The position numbers and the translations under genes were made by a program. Positions 60,433 to 64,000 of a DNA stretch of 64,000 nucleotides are shown here, in pieces. This DNA comes from Vicugna vicugna. Its lineage: Eukaryota. The stretch is from the NCBI GenBank assembly GCA_013265495.1, contig MU059756.1, positions 20,607,735 through 20,671,734 of the forward strand, written 5' to 3'. How positions within the stretch are numbered: the first letter of the stretch is position 1; each line of letters starts with the position of its first letter. The notes below the pieces were generated by a model, which was not told where the DNA came from, ran no database searches, and saw only the letters and a program-made list of their open reading frames with translations.

Positions 60433-61762
60433 CTCTAGAGAAGATTTGACTTGATTATGCTAGTTTGGCTCAAACTCATATCAATTTCAAATTATTAGCA
60501 TGGTATTTCCTGAACTAAGTAATGTATATTGAAACCAAATCCATATGAAGTTAAGTCTATGGTTCTGTCTCATGGAGGAGACTATTTTCCTTATTATTAT
60601 TAATTATTATTATTATTTCACATGATGCTGAGTGAAGGCCCTGATAGCCATATTATCTTTTGGGTCTCCCTTTACCATCAGACATATTTTTTTTTCCTAG
60701 CTTACACTTTTTATCTAATTTGTAGTCATCCTTCAAGAGCCTTCTCTTTATGCAAGAAATCTAATCCCATGACTCTAAGGCATACAAGTCAAGTCCTTAT
60801 CTCCTGTTTCTCATGTGGCCATTAAACCTAGGGCATCTATAGCTTTAAGAACTGCTGATCTCTATAATTACAGCTTTGTTCTCTCTTTGGGGAAAGGGAG
60901 ATAAGGGATTTCCTTTGCTTTCTTGTGAGTCCCATTATATATTTTTTAAATGTTTCTAGTGGTTTATCTAATATTTTAAAAGTATCTTATATCAAGAGGT
61001 GGTATTTTAGGATGACTAGACCTACATACACAGATTTCAAAATCCGTTGTATTTTCTTAGTCTTCCCCTTCACTTTTCTTTTCTTTTTTTCTTCCTTTAC
61101 TTTCTCTAATTCAGTTTCTATTTTAAGCCTCCTATCTCATTAGGCTGGTGGAAAACTTTAATCCTAGTCATGGTGATTTCCCCACAACTTTATGAAATTT
61201 TTTTTTTTGCCACAGTTCCAGAACTTCATGCAATGCTAAAATTTGGAGTGAGGTGAGAGCATCTGGTTCTTGAATCATATGTCTATTTTGAAACCCAAAA
61301 TACTGTTCAGAATCAGTCATTCTCTTTAACATGGCTCTTCAAATCCAGGGGCTCTTGGCTAGGGTAGGGGTGTAGGAAATTTTGTGAGTCTGCTTAGATT
61401 CCCACAAAGATAGTCATTTCATTAGTGAAGTCTTTCCAATTCTCCATTGGCTTTGCCTAGAAGTCCCCTCAGACTCTCAGGCCTCACTATTCTTATTATT
61501 CAACCTATTTCGTAAAGTTTTGGTAATTTCTTCTTGTTTTAGGGAGATCATTTGCTTTCATGATTCTGGCCTAGATACTTTGTGTATACCATAACCTGCT
61601 CCCAGCTTTAGGGATTAGGTCTTTGGAAACCAAGGCATGGAAGATTACAAAGCTACTTCTGAGTTTTGCTCTGCTATAGTCCTTCCCTTCCTGTCTTCTC
61701 CCTACCAAGCTGGCAGTGAAAACTGGATTGACTGTTTGAATAGGGGCAAGAAAAGAAAGCAG

Positions 61763-61816
61763 AGTAGTAGTAGTAGTAGTAATAATAATAATAACAACAA
61801 CAACAACAATAATAAT
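61763..61816. repeat. Compound trinucleotide microsatellite (AGT)6(AAT)4(AAC)5(AAT)3
   Basis: Direct reading. Confidence 0.95.
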
Positions 61817-61819
61817 AAA

Positions 61820-62080
61820 AGATTAATATTTTAAAAAATACTGTCCTGCCACATGTTTGAAAGGTGATGATAGTAGTTCTGCCAAATTCTATGGTGGTTG
61901 GAATAGAGTAGTGATAGTCAAGATGGAGAGACAAAAACAGATTTGAAATATGCTTTGGAGGCAAAAGCAAGACTACTAACATGATATGGGGTTGAGGAAG
62001 AGGCTGGAATCAAGTAAGCCTTCCAGATTTCTGCTGGGCCAACATGTGGCCCCATTTACTAGCTATGGAAATCTGAAGAA
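61820..62080 (-). mobile_element. L2 LINE fragment
   Basis: gatttgaaatatgctttggaggcaaaagcaagactactaacatga..gaagaggctggaatcaagtaagccttccagatttctg. Confidence 0.65.
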
Positions 62081-62789
62081 ATAAAGAATTTTAAGAAATT
62101 TCTCATATCCATTTTTCTACTTGAATATAGAATCATACTTCAGTTGTCTGTTGAAGACATTGAATAGTTAAAGATGTAAAGAACTAGTCCTTACTGCTAC
62201 CTTCTACTGTCTCTAGTCCTCCACAAAGTTGTCTTGACAACTCAGTTTATGTTTGAATTGAGGCATATTTTGAAATGGATAAAAGAGATTACTGAATAAA
62301 CTTTAAATGGAGAGGCCCCAGATGTACACTTTTGTTTGTCTTGACTATTTTACAGCTTTGTAGAATTGTAAAAATCTATAGAAAACTCAAATAATATAAA
62401 TAATTTTAGTCCATAGAAATGTAAATTTTGACCAGTGGAGTGAAATTTACTGTCACTTTGTGAATATTGACCAGTTTTGCCAATTTTGCATCCATTTATA
62501 AATTCATCTTATTATTTCTTATCTGCTTAAAATGTATGGTATTTTGAATTCCTTTAATCAGTTGTAACATCTTACTGATTTCCTCATTTACTAAGGAGTT
62601 AAATAAAATCTTTTATGTGTATTCATCTTATGAGTCATGATTTTTAAAAATTATTTTTAACAAATTAATCATAACTTATGATGTTTCATTGCTTTAGCCT
62701 AAATTCTTTTTGAATACTGGAATTGTTATAATAATTACTGATATAATTAATAATTATATTGAGGTTGAGTAAAAACCTTGGTGATTTTA

Positions 62790-62920
62790 TTTACTATTTT
62801 CTTCATTTTACAGATGAGGAAACTGTAGCACAAAGAAGTTAAGTGACTAGGTCCCAAACTGTAATTAATCAGGTTCAGAGAGAAACTTTAACCCAGTTCA
62901 AACAACTTCCAGTTCAGTAT
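62790..62920 (-). mobile_element. MIR SINE
   Basis: ttcattttacagatgaggaaactgtagcacaaagaagttaagtgact. Confidence 0.75.
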
Positions 62921-63342
62921 TCTTTTCATTCTTCTTATCTTCATGAATATAGGCAATCCATAAGGAAGTTGTAGACAAGTTGCTTCAGAAGAATAAGATA
63001 TAATCTCCTTATATGATTACAAGAAAAAATCATATATTTGGAAAGCACTAAAGTTTAAGGCTGAGAAAAAAACTTGATCAAATATACATCTATATTACAT
63101 AGGATGTAAGTAATACATTTTCATTGTATGTTATGCTTACTGCTAACATGGTTAAAACCACTGGCTTGGAAATTTATGTCTCTTTCCTTATGGATTCTGT
63201 CAGTGTGATTTTTTTGGGGGTAGGGGATTGTTTTAAGTATGAAAATATTGTTCTATTTACTGAAGTTACAAGTGCTAAGACTTATATTTTCAGCTTACAA
63301 ATTTTGTTCTGTATATTATGTAGTCAAATTTTATATATCATT

Positions 63343-64000
63343 TTTTTCTTTTTTTTTAACATTTTTTATTGATTTATAATCATTTTACAATGTTGTGTCA
63401 AATTCCAGTGTTCAGCACAATTTTTCAGTCATTCATGGGCATATACACACTCATTGTCACATTTTTTTCTCTGTGATTTATCATAACATTTTGTGTATAT
63501 TTCCCTGTGCTATACAGTATAATCTTGTTTATCTATTCTACAGTTTTGAAATCCCAGTCTATCCCTTCCCACCCTCTGCCCCCACAAGTCTGTATTCTCT
63601 GTCCATGAGTCTATTTCTGTCCTGTATTTATGCTTTGTTTTTGTTTGTTTGTTTTTGTTTTTTAGATTCCACATATGAGCGATCTCATATGGTATTTTTC
63701 TTTCTCTTTCTGGCTTACTTCACTTAGAATGNNNNNNNNNNNNNNNNNNNNNNNNNNNNNNNNNNNNNNNNNNNNNNNNNNNNNNNNNNNNNNNNNNNNN
63801 NNNNNNNNNNNNNNNNNNNNNNNNNNNNNNNNNNNNNNNNNNNNNNNNNNNNNNNNNNNNNNNNNNNNNNNNNNNNNNNNNNNNNNNNNNNNNNNNNNNN
63901 NNNNNNNNNNNNNNNNNNNNTCCTGAAGTAGATTTCCTTCTGGGTACAAGCCCAGGAGTGGGATTCCTGGGTCATATGGTAAGTCTATTCCTAGTCTTTT
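63343..64000 (-). mobile_element. Young camelid-type L1 3' end, interrupted by a gap and continuing past the window
   Basis: poly-T then aacattttttattgatttataatcattttacaatgttgtgtcaaattccag..tttagattccacatatgagcgatctc..tacaagcccaggagtgggattcctgggtcatatgg. Confidence 0.92.
63732..63920. other. Assembly gap (189 N)
   Basis: Run of n. Confidence 1.

Noticed and set aside
61637-61834. Poly-Ser/poly-Asn ORF
   Set aside because: Translation of the compound microsatellite.
1-64000. Prokaryote-style systems (CRISPR array, operon, defence island), endogenous viral genes, NUMT
   Set aside because: The sequence is mammalian intron/intergenic DNA. There are no regularly spaced repeat-spacer arrays, and no ORF in the track resembles a viral, mitochondrial or bacterial protein that I recognise.

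Overview
Mammalian genomic DNA, most likely a camelid (alpaca/llama/camel). The assignment rests on a tRNA-Ala-derived vic-1-type SINE and young lineage-type L1 3' ends; two N-gaps point to a draft assembly. The only supportable protein-coding sequence is exon 1 of PARM1 on the minus strand: 43 coding nt (52304-52262, MVCKTLFALCIFTA-G, the start of the signal peptide) inside a CpG island. Bases 1-52261 are therefore PARM1 intron 1 (exon 2 is not in the window) and ~52600-64000 is upstream/intergenic DNA. The rest is mostly interspersed repeats (L1, L2, MIR, MaLR/ERV LTRs, hAT-Charlie and Tigger DNA transposons) and microsatellites. Repeat family names come from recognising consensus motifs by eye, not from a RepeatMasker run, so boundaries are approximate unless target-site duplications (TSDs) are quoted. 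I found no convincing novel multi-gene system. The most unusual items are: (1) a 227-bp gap-free ~83%-identical inverted duplication 1.1 kb apart in the intron, with a 37-bp invariant core; (2) an upstream ATG in frame with the PARM1 start, separated from it by a single UGA-CGG stop; (3) a near-consensus androgen/glucocorticoid response element next to two forkhead motifs; (4) a twin-primed L1 insertion; (5) a long, still-readable hAT (Cheshire-type) transposase fossil.
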